From Candidatus Yanofskybacteria bacterium (GTDB lineage Bacteria; Patescibacteriota; Minisyncoccia; 2-02-FULL-40-12; IGHO2-01-FULL-4-A), in the NCBI GenBank assembly GCA_016181175.1, contig JACOZV010000001.1, forward strand, positions 259,519 to 323,518: DNA of 64,000 nucleotides, given 5' to 3'. Shown here piece after piece: positions 30,383 through 39,849 of this stretch. Position 1 is the stretch's first letter; the number at the start of each line of letters is the position of its first letter. The notes beneath the pieces were generated by a model, which ran no database searches, was not told the origin of the DNA, and saw only the letters and a list, made by a program, of their open reading frames with translations. The translations under genes were made by a program, and so were the position numbers.

Positions 30383-31345
30383 GGTATTGGAATGGTGGGG
30401 GAACCGATTAAAAGGTGGTTTGAAGAAAACCAAAAATATAGACGCGGAAAGGAACTGTTTTGTTACGATGCCGATCCCAAAAAGGGTTATAGCGATGACG
30501 TTAATTTGGCTGATATTATTTTTGTTGCCGTACCGACACCAACAAATCCTGATGGTAGCTGTAATGTTTCTATTGTACAAAGCGTTACCTCAACAATTAA
30601 TGACGGTAAGATCGTGATTATTAAATCTACAGTGCCGCCGGGGACAGTGGAGGGGCTGCAAAAGAAATATCCTAGCAAGAAGTTTGTTTTTAATCCGGAA
30701 TTTTTAACCGAGTCACAAGCTTGGCTTGATTTTATAAAGCCAAGCCGTCAGATTCTTGGCCACACAGCCCGAAGCTATGCTGACGTAAAAGAAATTATGG
30801 CTTTGCTTCCTCAAGCGCATTTTGAGCGCCCCTGGGCGAGTGATTATAGCAAGAAAGATATCAACGCTACCGAAGCGGAACTTGCCAAATATGCCAGCAA
30901 CGTTTTTGGCTATATCAAGGTAATTTATGGCAATATTTTAGCTGATCTGTGCCATGCTCTCGCAGTCAATTTTAAAAACAATAAAATAAATTCGGAAGTT
31001 ACCTACGAAAATATAAAAGAAGTTATTTCTGCAGATCCCAGAATCGGCCCGGCATGGCTCAATGTGGAGCATGGCAATTATTGCGGAGCCGGCGGATATT
31101 GTTTTCCCAAGGATATGAACGCCCTGATAAGTTTTGCAGAAAGTTTGGTTAAAGACTTGTCCAAGAATAAAAAGAACTTGGATTTGGTCACTTCTTTAAA
31201 AAAGGGTGTAGCTGTTTTAAGGGCTGTTACGGATTACAATAAGTCAATTCTTAATTTGCAGGGATTAACCATTGAAGATGTCTCGCGTCACGATAAAGAA
31301 ATTATTACGCTAAAACGCAAGCCGATACGAGTTAGAAAATCATAA
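30383..31345 (+). CDS. ugd: UDP-glucose/GDP-mannose dehydrogenase family protein, N-terminally truncated
   Basis: GIGMVG, FVAVPTP, KSTVPPG, NPEFL, GGYCFPKD; first beta strand missing. Confidence 0.75.
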   Translation, partial: GIGMVGEPIKRWFEENQKYRRGKELFCYDADPKKGYSDDVNLADIIFVAVPTPTNPDGSCNVSIVQSVTSTINDGKIVIIKSTVPPGTVEGLQKKYPSKKFVFNPEFLTESQAWLDFIKPSRQILGHTARSYADVKEIMALLPQAHFERPWASDYSKKDINATEAELAKYASNVFGYIKVIYGNILADLCHALAVNFKNNKINSEVTYENIKEVISADPRIGPAWLNVEHGNYCGAGGYCFPKDMNALISFAESLVKDLSKNKKNLDLVTSLKKGVAVLRAVTDYNKSILNLQGLTIEDVSRHDKEIITLKRKPIRVRKS

Positions 31346-31349
31346 AAAA

Positions 31350-32369
31350 ATGATCGATCAAATTATAAAAAAACGAAAAAAAGCAGTGGTAACCGGCGGG
31401 GCTGGTTTTATCGGGTCGCACTTAACGGACGCGTTGATAAAAGACGGTTTTGACGTTGTGGTTTTGGATAATCTTTCAACCGGCAAGAGATCGCAAGTCA
31501 ATAAAGCAGCCAAGTTCGTCAAAACAGATATCCGGAATCTTAAAAAAATCAAGCCATATTTCAAAGGAGCGGAATTGGTTTTTCATACCGCGGCTCAAGC
31601 GCGAATGCAGCCATCAATAAAAGATCCGACCCTTACTTTGGATAATAACGTAACAGGAACACTCAATGTTTTAATTGCGGCTAGCGATGCCGGAGTTAAG
31701 CGGTTAATTTACTCGGCTTCGTCTTCTTTTTACGGCGATCAAGAAACAGTGCCGTTTCATGAAGAAATGACACCAAATTTTAAAAATCCTTACGCGCTAT
31801 TCAAATATGTGGGTGAAAAACTATGCCAGCTTTTTACCGATTTGCATGGCTTAGAAACCGTTTCTTTAAGATATTTTAATGTCTATGGTCCGAGGCAATT
31901 GTCATCCGGTAATTATGCCACGGTAATTGGTATTTTTCTAAAACAAGAAAAACAGGGTAAGCCCCTTACAATTGTTGGTGATGGTAGAATGCGTCGAGAT
32001 TTCACACACGTTTATGATGTGGTAAGGGCAAATATGCTGGCGGCCCAATCCAAGAAAGTAGGCAGGGGTGAAGTAATAAATATCGGACCCGGCAAAAGTT
32101 ATTCAATAAACGAAGTGGCGGCAATGATTTTGGCACCAGATACATTCCAGTCGATGGGCGGTTCGCAGGCCAGAACCGTTGCAATTGAAAATTCACAACC
32201 CGAAGTTGTGCTTGCGGCCGCTCTTAAAAGTAACCGTGCTAAATATATTCCCCCGCGTATTAATGAATCTCAGCGCAGTTTAGCTAATAACTCAAAAGCC
32301 CGTGAACTTCTCGACTGGAAACCAACAATTTCATTTGAAGACGGCTTGGCGATGTTAAAAAAAATTTAA
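31350..32369 (+). CDS. NAD-dependent nucleotide-sugar epimerase/dehydratase
   Basis: VTGGAGFIGSH, YALFK, RYFNVYGPRQ, RDFTHV.D. Confidence 0.9.
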   Translation: MIDQIIKKRKKAVVTGGAGFIGSHLTDALIKDGFDVVVLDNLSTGKRSQVNKAAKFVKTDIRNLKKIKPYFKGAELVFHTAAQARMQPSIKDPTLTLDNNVTGTLNVLIAASDAGVKRLIYSASSSFYGDQETVPFHEEMTPNFKNPYALFKYVGEKLCQLFTDLHGLETVSLRYFNVYGPRQLSSGNYATVIGIFLKQEKQGKPLTIVGDGRMRRDFTHVYDVVRANMLAAQSKKVGRGEVINIGPGKSYSINEVAAMILAPDTFQSMGGSQARTVAIENSQPEVVLAAALKSNRAKYIPPRINESQRSLANNSKARELLDWKPTISFEDGLAMLKKI

Positions 32370-32436
32370 TTTATCTACTTTGAAGCAATTAAAAACCGGC
32401 TAGGCCGGTTTTTAATATTAGTGTAAGATTATTAGA

Positions 32437-34212
32437 ATGGAAAATAAAATTAAGTTGTACACTGTTTCTATTTTTGTATTTTTTATTTCGGTTTCTTTTA
32501 GCGCGAGTGCAGATACTCTTGGCCAAAATCAGCGGTTTTTTATCAGTTCGCAATATGACGCTCAATCACGCGAGTCAACTTCGGCTACCCTTAGGCATGT
32601 TTCAGAACACGCCTATTTTTATATTGCTGATGACTATTGGAATGTCATAAGTACGAATGCGCGTAATCAGGTTTTGAACAAAGTAGAAATTATTGCTCGT
32701 GAGTTCGACGGACGTATTTATCCTATTGAGACTCAATTTTTCGGTTCCGAACCCAATCCGGGTATTGATGGCGATTCTCGTATTACGATTCTAATGGCGC
32801 CGCTTATAGAAAACGCCGGTGGTTATTTTGATGCGGTTAATCAGTATAGCATTTCCGAAGCCAACAACTCTAACCAGAGGGAGATTATTTATCTGAACGT
32901 CAAAGAAGTGGCTGATCAAGCCAGGATGTTTATTTTTCTAGCCCATGAATTTCAGCACCTTATTTCTTTTAATCAAAAAGAAAAACTCCGAAATATCTAC
33001 GATGACATTTGGCTCAATGAGTTGAGGTCGGAATACGCGCCCACCCTGCTTGGTTATAACGATATCTTCCTGGGTTCAAATTTAGAAAAGCGTAGCCTTG
33101 ATTTATCAGATGCGCCATCCGACAGTTTAACCGAATGGAAAAACCTTCCGGCAGATTACGGTCAGATTGGCATGTTCAGTGAATATATAGCCGAACACTG
33201 GTCGCCTCAAGTAATAGCCGATACACTGAAGAATAATCTTAAAAGTATACCCAGTTTTAATTATGCGCTTTCGCAAAACGGATTTTCCGACAACTTCACT
33301 GATGTTTATCGAGATTGGCTTATTTCTAATTACTTGAACGACGATTCTTATAACGGTAAATTTGGTTATTCAAGGATAGACTTGGCCAATTTCAAGGTGT
33401 CAGCCACAAAAACCTTAAGTAATCTTGACGATAATGCTGCATTTCTTGTTTCTGGTTCTATAAAAGATTGGCAAGGCAGATGGTACGATCTTATTCAACT
33501 TGCGCCTGGTCAGAAGAACGTCTTGAAGATTTCTTTTACCTCGTCGTCACTGGCCAGTTTTTACGTTCCTTATGTTGTTTTTGATTCTACTGGTAAACAT
33601 CAATTATACATTTTCAATCCTACGCCTAGTTCTAACGCTATTTATGTTTCAAACATAGGAGCCGATGTTAGAAGAGTTTTGATTTTGCCTATTAAAAAAG
33701 ACAAACTTTCCAATTTTTTTATTAATGAAACGTCCGTACGGTTGGATACTACTTTTGAACGTGTTGCTTCGGTGCCGTCAATCATTTCCGCACCCGTTTC
33801 TGTAATGGCTGATTCTGTGCCATCTGTGTCTGATACTAAATACGAAATACCTAAAAATAATTTTCCCGACGGTTCTTTGATCCGCGCGCGCGGAGATTAC
33901 AAGGTTTATGTCGTAAAGGGTAAATGGCGAAGACACATAATAGATTCAAGGATTTTCAATTTTTATCCCGGACTTGGTTTTGAAAAAGTAACGGAAGTTG
34001 AACCGTCTATATTAAATCAGTATCAGGAAAGCGACCTTGTCCGTTATGCTGATAGCCAGCGAGTTTATAGTATTGATAAGATTGGTGTCCGCCACTGGTT
34101 AGATATAAGCGGCGCGCAATTCACTGCTTCTGGCCGTGCGTGGGACGCTATTTTTGAAGTTAATATAAGAGAGTTGAATTTCTACAAGATCGGGACTAGT
34201 ATAGTGGAATAG
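32437..34212 (+). CDS. Secreted zinc metallopeptidase-like protein (M30-like)
   Basis: Signal peptide, GGYF, AHEFQHLI..WLNE; C-terminal repeated surface domain. Confidence 0.7.
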   Translation: MENKIKLYTVSIFVFFISVSFSASADTLGQNQRFFISSQYDAQSRESTSATLRHVSEHAYFYIADDYWNVISTNARNQVLNKVEIIAREFDGRIYPIETQFFGSEPNPGIDGDSRITILMAPLIENAGGYFDAVNQYSISEANNSNQREIIYLNVKEVADQARMFIFLAHEFQHLISFNQKEKLRNIYDDIWLNELRSEYAPTLLGYNDIFLGSNLEKRSLDLSDAPSDSLTEWKNLPADYGQIGMFSEYIAEHWSPQVIADTLKNNLKSIPSFNYALSQNGFSDNFTDVYRDWLISNYLNDDSYNGKFGYSRIDLANFKVSATKTLSNLDDNAAFLVSGSIKDWQGRWYDLIQLAPGQKNVLKISFTSSSLASFYVPYVVFDSTGKHQLYIFNPTPSSNAIYVSNIGADVRRVLILPIKKDKLSNFFINETSVRLDTTFERVASVPSIISAPVSVMADSVPSVSDTKYEIPKNNFPDGSLIRARGDYKVYVVKGKWRRHIIDSRIFNFYPGLGFEKVTEVEPSILNQYQESDLVRYADSQRVYSIDKIGVRHWLDISGAQFTASGRAWDAIFEVNIRELNFYKIGTSIVE

Positions 34213-34237
34213 TTTTTTCAAAATTGGGAGGATAAAT

Positions 34238-35176
34238 ATGAAGTTGCCGGACTTTATAAGACAAAATGTTCCATTGGCCGGCTACTCTACGCTGGGAGTG
34301 GGCGGTACGGCTGACTATTTTACTGATATCAAAAGGATCAAAACATATAATTCCAGGTCTGAAGAAACTTACATTCAGGAAGCCAAGGCGGAGTTTTTTG
34401 TTAATCTGTGCGAAACTCATGAATTTGCAAAAGAAAACGGACTTGATATTTTTGTTCTTGGGCGTGGTTCTAATATTATGTTTGCCGATTCCGGTTTTCG
34501 GGGATTAGTTTTGCGCATGGGCATGTCGCGGGTGCATTTTTACAATGACGAATTATGGGTTGAAGCGGGAGTATTAGTTTCTGAACTGGTTACGCTGTAC
34601 GAAAATGGTTACATGGGATTGGAGTGTTTTGCAGGTTTACCCGGCACTGTTGGCGGTGCAATCTTCGGAAATGCCGGTTGTTACGGCGGACAGTTCTGGG
34701 ATGTGGTTGAGGAGGTTATGTTTTTTGACGGGGAATATTTTAAAACTATAAAAAAAGACCCGGTTCTGTTCGGCTATCGCCAGAGTATTTTTAAAAGAAA
34801 TCCCAACTGGATTATTACTGGCTGTCGTTTAAAATTTGAGCCAAAAGACAGAGAACTAGTTGTAAAAGAAACAAAAAGAATAAGAAAATTGCGCCAGACA
34901 AGTCAGCCAAAATCGCCCAGCGTTGGTTGCATTTTTAAAAATCCGGATGTTGACGGTGAAAAAGTATCAGCCGGTTTGCTTATTGAAAGAGCCGGTCTTA
35001 AGGGTATGTGCATTGGCGGGGCGATGATATCTTACGAGCATGCCAATTTTTTTATAAATCTTGGTGGCGCCATTGCAAGCGATTTTCTTAAGCTGATTAA
35101 AGTTGCCAAGAGCCGCGTTCTTGAACAATCAGGAATTTTACTGGAAGAAGAAATTATTCAAATCGGAGAGTTTTAA
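34238..35176 (+). CDS. murB: UDP-N-acetylenolpyruvoylglucosamine reductase
   Basis: GGTA, LGRGSN, GLPGTVGGA..GNAG, GCIFKNP, HANFFIN. Confidence 0.95.
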   Translation: MKLPDFIRQNVPLAGYSTLGVGGTADYFTDIKRIKTYNSRSEETYIQEAKAEFFVNLCETHEFAKENGLDIFVLGRGSNIMFADSGFRGLVLRMGMSRVHFYNDELWVEAGVLVSELVTLYENGYMGLECFAGLPGTVGGAIFGNAGCYGGQFWDVVEEVMFFDGEYFKTIKKDPVLFGYRQSIFKRNPNWIITGCRLKFEPKDRELVVKETKRIRKLRQTSQPKSPSVGCIFKNPDVDGEKVSAGLLIERAGLKGMCIGGAMISYEHANFFINLGGAIASDFLKLIKVAKSRVLEQSGILLEEEIIQIGEF

Positions 35177-35407
35177 CCCGCCATTAAGGCGGTTTTAATT
35201 TGCCGCCAAGTTATCCACTTTTTTATAATAAAAAAATTTTTTCGTGATATAATTAATAAGTAAGTGGAAAATATTTTTGATAACAAAAATATTTTTGAAA
35301 ACTTTTGACGGCTTGGTCAGTCGTCATATTAGGAGGGCGAGATAACTGATCGCTAGAAACTAGTTTCTAGGAACTAGCAAAAAGTTGTCTCGTGACTTCA
35401 AAGCCAA

Positions 35408-35449
35408 ATGGCAAAGAAAAAGAAGGCAAAGAAGAAGAAGAGAATATAA
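35408..35449 (+). CDS. Putative 13-aa lysine-rich peptide MAKKKKAKKKKRI
   Basis: TGnTATAAT at 35245-35253, AGGAGG at 35331 separated from the ATG by a hairpin, terminator at 35477-35501. Confidence 0.45.
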   Translation: MAKKKKAKKKKRI

Positions 35450-35476
35450 GCTTCTTCGCGCCGGAAGGCGTACTCC

Positions 35477-35501
35477 GAAAACCCCGCGTTGCGGGGTTTT
35501 C
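35477..35501 (+). terminator. Intrinsic terminator
   Basis: GAAAACCCCGC/GCGGGGTTTTC hairpin. Confidence 0.65.
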
Positions 35502-35529
35502 AATTTGTTTATTTTGTGATAAATTATAG

Positions 35530-35692
35530 GGGCTTAGCGAATAATACCTTCTATCACCATTTGTCGCCCCAGCGAGGCGACTGCATTCCGTCAAAAATAT
35601 TAATTTTGATTTTGTTGAAGAAATATTGTAACAAAATCAAACCATGCAATTAACACTTTTGACGGTGCTATAAGGTATTATTCGCTAAGCCC
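35530..35692 (+). repeat. Family E element (E5) with 21-bp perfect outer inverted repeat, 8 nt before hpf
   Basis: GGGCTTAGCGAATAATACCTT and reverse complement; GTCGCC-CCAGCGA-GGCGAC hairpin. Confidence 0.85.
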
Positions 35693-35700
35693 GTTCATAT

Positions 35701-36036
35701 ATGCGTACAATGATTCATACTAAAAACCTGGAGCTGACTCCGTCAATAGAAATTTTTGTTAAACAAAAGATGGATACGATTGCCAAGCTTTTTAAGCCAG
35801 GTGAACAATTAACCGAGGCGCGTATTGAAATTGGTAAGCCCTCTAGTCATCACCAAAAAGGCCCGGTTTATTATGCCGAGATTAACCTCAAAATAGGCGG
35901 CAAGTTATTGAGAGCTACTACCGAACACGTGGATCTTCGAACCGCCATTGACTTTGCTAGGGACGAAGTTGAACGTCAAATCAAAAAATTTAAATCTAAA
36001 ATTAGAGATACACAGAGGATTCCAAAACGGTCATGA
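35701..36036 (+). CDS. hpf: Ribosome hibernation promoting factor (RaiA/HPF)
   Basis: KNLELTP, AEINL..G, DL..AID.A.D..ERQI.K.K; directly upstream of secA. Confidence 0.85.
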   Translation: MRTMIHTKNLELTPSIEIFVKQKMDTIAKLFKPGEQLTEARIEIGKPSSHHQKGPVYYAEINLKIGGKLLRATTEHVDLRTAIDFARDEVERQIKKFKSKIRDTQRIPKRS

Positions 36037-38768
36037 ATTTATTATCCAAAATATTCGGTGATGCCAATCAGCGGACAGTTGATAGTTACAAGCCGATTGT
36101 CCAGAAAATAAACGAGCTCGAACCGACGTTCGAGCGTTTTTCATTTGATGAACTTCGGAGCAAGACAACTGAATTTAAACAACGGCTTGCTGGTGGTGAA
36201 TCACCAGATGACATATTGCCTGACGCCTTTGCTATGGTCCGTGAAGCATCCAAGCGCACGCTTGGCCAGAGGCACTTTGATGTTCAGCTGATGGGTGGCG
36301 TAGCGCTTCATCAAGGTAAAATTTCTGAAATGAAAACCGGTGAAGGCAAGACTTTGGTCGCAACTCTGCCAGCCTATCTCAATGCGCTTACTGGGCGCGG
36401 TGTCCACATAGTAACCGTTAACGATTATCTTTCACGACGCGATGCGGTTTGGATGGGTCAAATATATCACTTGCTTGGATTAACTGTGGGATGTATTAAC
36501 CACGAATCATCTTTTGTATACGATCCGCTACATAGTGAAATTCAAAATGATAATTTAAAATTTAAAAGTGAAAAGGAAAATGAAAAATCAGAAAAGTTAG
36601 ATGAAATACGCGATACAACCGGTTCATTTCGGGTTGTGCATGAATTCTTAAGACCGGTTACAAGACAAGAGGCTTACGAGGCGGACATAACCTATGGTAC
36701 CAACAATGAATTCGGTTTTGATTATCTGCGTGACAATATGGCTTATGAGCTGGTGCAAATTGCACAAACTAAATCCCACAATTACGCAATAGTAGACGAG
36801 ATTGATTCCATTTTGATAGATGAAGCGCGCACTCCACTCATTATTTCCGCGCCAGACTCCGATTCAACCAAACTTTACGAAACTTTTGCCAAAATCGTTC
36901 CGCGTCTTCATGAAAACGAAGATTACAATGTTGATGAAAAATTAAAGGCCGTGTCAATTACCGAGAAAGGTATTGAAAAAGTTGAAGGCATGCTTAACTT
37001 AAAAAATATTTACGAAGAAGGCGGTACTCGCTATGTCCACCACCTTGAGCAAGCGTTAAAGGCGGAAATACTTTTTCACCGCGACAAAGACTACGTTGTT
37101 AAAGATGGAGAAGTTATTATAGTTGATGAGTTTACGGGGCGTTTGATGCCGGGCCGACGCTGGTCGGAGGGATTGCATCAGGCCGTGGAGGCTAAGGAGG
37201 GCGTTTACGTGCAGAAAGAATCGCGCACATTTGCCACGATTACTTTTCAAAATTATTTTCGTTTGTACAAAAAACTGGCAGGCATGACCGGTACGGCGCA
37301 GACATCTGCTGAAGAATTCCACAAAGTTTACAAACTTGATGTTGTTTCAATTCCGACAAATAAACAAATGGTTCGTAACGATTTACCCGATCGCATTTAC
37401 AAAACTGAAGCCGGCAAATTAAGGGCGATTGTCGCTGAAATCAAAGATCGTCATTTGAGGGGTCAACCGGTGCTTGTCGGCACCGCGGCGATTACCAAGA
37501 ATGAACTTTTATCGGTTCATCTCAATCGGGAAGGTATTCCGCATAAAGTATTAAATGCTAAAAATCACGAGCAGGAAGGTGAAATCATTGCTCAAGCTGG
37601 TCGTCCGGGTGCCGTAACGGTAGCGACCAATATGGCGGGAAGGGGAGTTGATATTATTCTTGGCGGCAATCCGCTAGACACAGAAGAAGCAATCAGGGTT
37701 CGCGAATATGGTGGTTTGCACGTTATGGGCACTGAGAGACACGAGGCGAGACGGATTGACAACCAATTGCGCGGGCGCGCTGGTCGTCAAGGCGATCCCG
37801 GTTCCTCACAATTTTTTGTATCCACCGAAGATGAATTAGTGCGCATATTCGGCGGTGACCGTTTAAAGAACCTCATGGATCGCTTGGGAGTGGGCGAGGA
37901 TGATGTTATTGAAAACCGATTTATTTCACGCGCTATTGAACAAGCGCAATCCAAGATTGAGGGCAACAACTTTGACATAAGAAAATACGTCTTAGAATAT
38001 GACGATGTAATGAATAAGCACAGAACAGCGATTTATGGATTGCGCAACGATATACTTAGATCGGCTAATACCAGAGAAAAAACACTAGATTATGTCCACA
38101 ATCAAATTGATAAAATTTTGCAATTCCATACAAGTGTCACTTCGGAATCTTTTAGTGAGGGATGGAATATTGAAGAAATTGCCGAAAACATCAAAACTAT
38201 TATACCCATTGAAAATGACCTGCACGGCAAGTTAAAAGAAATTTCAACCACAAAGGACCCGAACCAATTATCAGAATTTTCTCACAAAATAATTGATGAT
38301 GCCTATGCTGCACGTGAAAAGCAGGTTGGTGTTGAAGCAATGAGGCATCTTGAAAAAATGGTTTTACTACGTGTGATTGACGAATTGTGGGTTGACCATC
38401 TTGAGCAAATGGAATATCTGCGTGATTCGGTGCGTTTACGCGCCTACGGTCAGCGTGACCCGTTGGTTGAGTATAAAATAGAAGGCCAGAAAATGTTCAA
38501 CCAATTGCAAGAGGCAATCGGCGCGCAAGTCGCCGGCATGATTTTTAAAGTAGGATTTGTTCACCCCGAACGAAGCCGTAAGGGAACGCAGCATGCTCTT
38601 GCTTCATCTGGAGTTCAGAAATCGAATGCTATGGTAATTGAAGAAAAGCGTCGCAATGATCAAGAACAAAGTCGGTTGGCAAATGTTCATGACCATAATA
38701 AAATAGGCAGGAATGATCCCTGCCCTTGCGGGTCTGGTAAAAAATATAAGAAGTGTCATGGAAAGTGA
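36033..38768 (+). CDS. secA: Preprotein translocase ATPase SecA
   Basis: EMKTGEGKT, VTVNDYL, DEIDSILIDEARTPLIIS, QLRGRAGRQGDPG, SEC-C GRNDPCPCGSGKKYKKCHG. Confidence 0.98.
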   Translation: MNLLSKIFGDANQRTVDSYKPIVQKINELEPTFERFSFDELRSKTTEFKQRLAGGESPDDILPDAFAMVREASKRTLGQRHFDVQLMGGVALHQGKISEMKTGEGKTLVATLPAYLNALTGRGVHIVTVNDYLSRRDAVWMGQIYHLLGLTVGCINHESSFVYDPLHSEIQNDNLKFKSEKENEKSEKLDEIRDTTGSFRVVHEFLRPVTRQEAYEADITYGTNNEFGFDYLRDNMAYELVQIAQTKSHNYAIVDEIDSILIDEARTPLIISAPDSDSTKLYETFAKIVPRLHENEDYNVDEKLKAVSITEKGIEKVEGMLNLKNIYEEGGTRYVHHLEQALKAEILFHRDKDYVVKDGEVIIVDEFTGRLMPGRRWSEGLHQAVEAKEGVYVQKESRTFATITFQNYFRLYKKLAGMTGTAQTSAEEFHKVYKLDVVSIPTNKQMVRNDLPDRIYKTEAGKLRAIVAEIKDRHLRGQPVLVGTAAITKNELLSVHLNREGIPHKVLNAKNHEQEGEIIAQAGRPGAVTVATNMAGRGVDIILGGNPLDTEEAIRVREYGGLHVMGTERHEARRIDNQLRGRAGRQGDPGSSQFFVSTEDELVRIFGGDRLKNLMDRLGVGEDDVIENRFISRAIEQAQSKIEGNNFDIRKYVLEYDDVMNKHRTAIYGLRNDILRSANTREKTLDYVHNQIDKILQFHTSVTSESFSEGWNIEEIAENIKTIIPIENDLHGKLKEISTTKDPNQLSEFSHKIIDDAYAAREKQVGVEAMRHLEKMVLLRVIDELWVDHLEQMEYLRDSVRLRAYGQRDPLVEYKIEGQKMFNQLQEAIGAQVAGMIFKVGFVHPERSRKGTQHALASSGVQKSNAMVIEEKRRNDQEQSRLANVHDHNKIGRNDPCPCGSGKKYKKCHGK

Positions 38769-38810
38769 GGATAAAAAACCGTTGGTTGGACCAACGGGTG
38801 ACAAAAAAAT

Positions 38811-39107
38811 TTACTCTCTAATTGGGCAGACAATTCTAGTTTCTTTGCCATTATTTTTAATGTGCCTATCTTGAGGATTTTGGAGGTCAATTGCCGATTT
38901 GCAGTTGGGGCAAGTCTTCAGATTGTTCGGGTAAACAAATTGCCCGCATTCCGTACACCATTCCACAATAGTGCCATTGCGCTTTATTCCATAGCGGAAA
39001 GGAGAATTGCCGCAGAGCGGATGGAAGCGTCCTTTGTTGGGGCACAGGTCTTTAATTCCTAAGCTGCGTGCATCTTCCTCAAGCTCACTAAGCATTTTAG
39101 ACCTCAC
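38811..39107 (-). CDS. Small Cys-rich hypothetical protein (Zn ribbon)
   Basis: CTECG, CPNCK; GTG start. Confidence 0.5.
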   Translation of the reverse strand: MRSKMLSELEEDARSLGIKDLCPNKGRFHPLCGNSPFRYGIKRNGTIVEWCTECGQFVYPNNLKTCPNCKSAIDLQNPQDRHIKNNGKETRIVCPIRE

Positions 39108-39161
39108 CTGATTTTAAGCCGCTTTCATGTTTAAAATTAACTGTTAATATTAATAGAGTCA

Positions 39162-39235
39162 ACCCCGTTAGAAGTCTCGCTCGTGCCTAATGGCACGAGT
39201 CCGAAGGACATCGGCGAGGCCACTTCTAACGGGGT
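39162..39235. mobile_element. Family C palindromic element (C1) with CA duplication
   Basis: ACCCCGTTAGAAGT/ACTTCTAACGGGGT; CA on both flanks; internal hairpins. Confidence 0.8.
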
Positions 39236-39276
39236 CAACCCGTCCCCACTTGGAAAGCATTTGCTTTTTATCTTTC

Positions 39277-39720
39277 ATGAAAAACAAAAATAAAATTATT
39301 ATAGTCGTGTCAGGCGGTATGGATCCGCTTCATCCGGGCCACATACGTCTTTTCCAGGAAGCCAAGAAGTTGGGCGATGAGCTTGTTGTCATTCTAAATA
39401 ACGACAACTGGTTGAAAAAGAAAAAAGGTTACGTGTTTATGTCTGAAAAAGAACGCAAGGAAGTCATTGAGGCAATCAAGGGGGTTGATCGGGTAATTCT
39501 TACTAAACATTCGTCTAAGACGTTAGATATGAGTGTGCGTGCCGAACTGAAAAAAATTCGGCCCCACATTTTTGCAAACGGCGGCGACAGAAACGAAGGT
39601 AATATTCCAGAAATTGCTGTTTGCAAAAAAATAGGATGCAAGGTGGTTTTTAATGTCGGACGAGGAGGCAAAATCGCTTCAAGTTCTAAACTTGTTGCCG
39701 GCTTTGCAAAAGAAAGTTAA
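39277..39720 (+). CDS. Cytidylyltransferase-family nucleotidyltransferase
   Basis: SGGMDPLHPGH (HxGH), ANGGDR, K..SSS; likely start MKNK. Confidence 0.85.
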   Translation: MKNKNKIIIVVSGGMDPLHPGHIRLFQEAKKLGDELVVILNNDNWLKKKKGYVFMSEKERKEVIEAIKGVDRVILTKHSSKTLDMSVRAELKKIRPHIFANGGDRNEGNIPEIAVCKKIGCKVVFNVGRGGKIASSSKLVAGFAKES

Positions 39721-39726
39721 TAATGA

Positions 39727-39849
39727 ATCCCGAACGAGACAGCTAATTTTTACCTTGCTAAATAATTGCCGTGTTATTAGTTGTCATTTATGGCGGGATT
39801 ACTTATAATCAACGGAAATGCATAAAGCATTTCCTGTCTCGTACGGGAT
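39727..39849 (+). mobile_element. Family A non-autonomous element (A3) at a start codon
   Basis: Same 16-bp inverted repeats as A1; GA duplication; supplies the ATG at 39848. Confidence 0.85.

Noticed and set aside
35211-35219. DnaA box or replication origin
   Set aside because: A single mismatched box (TTATCCACT); no cluster and no dnaA context.
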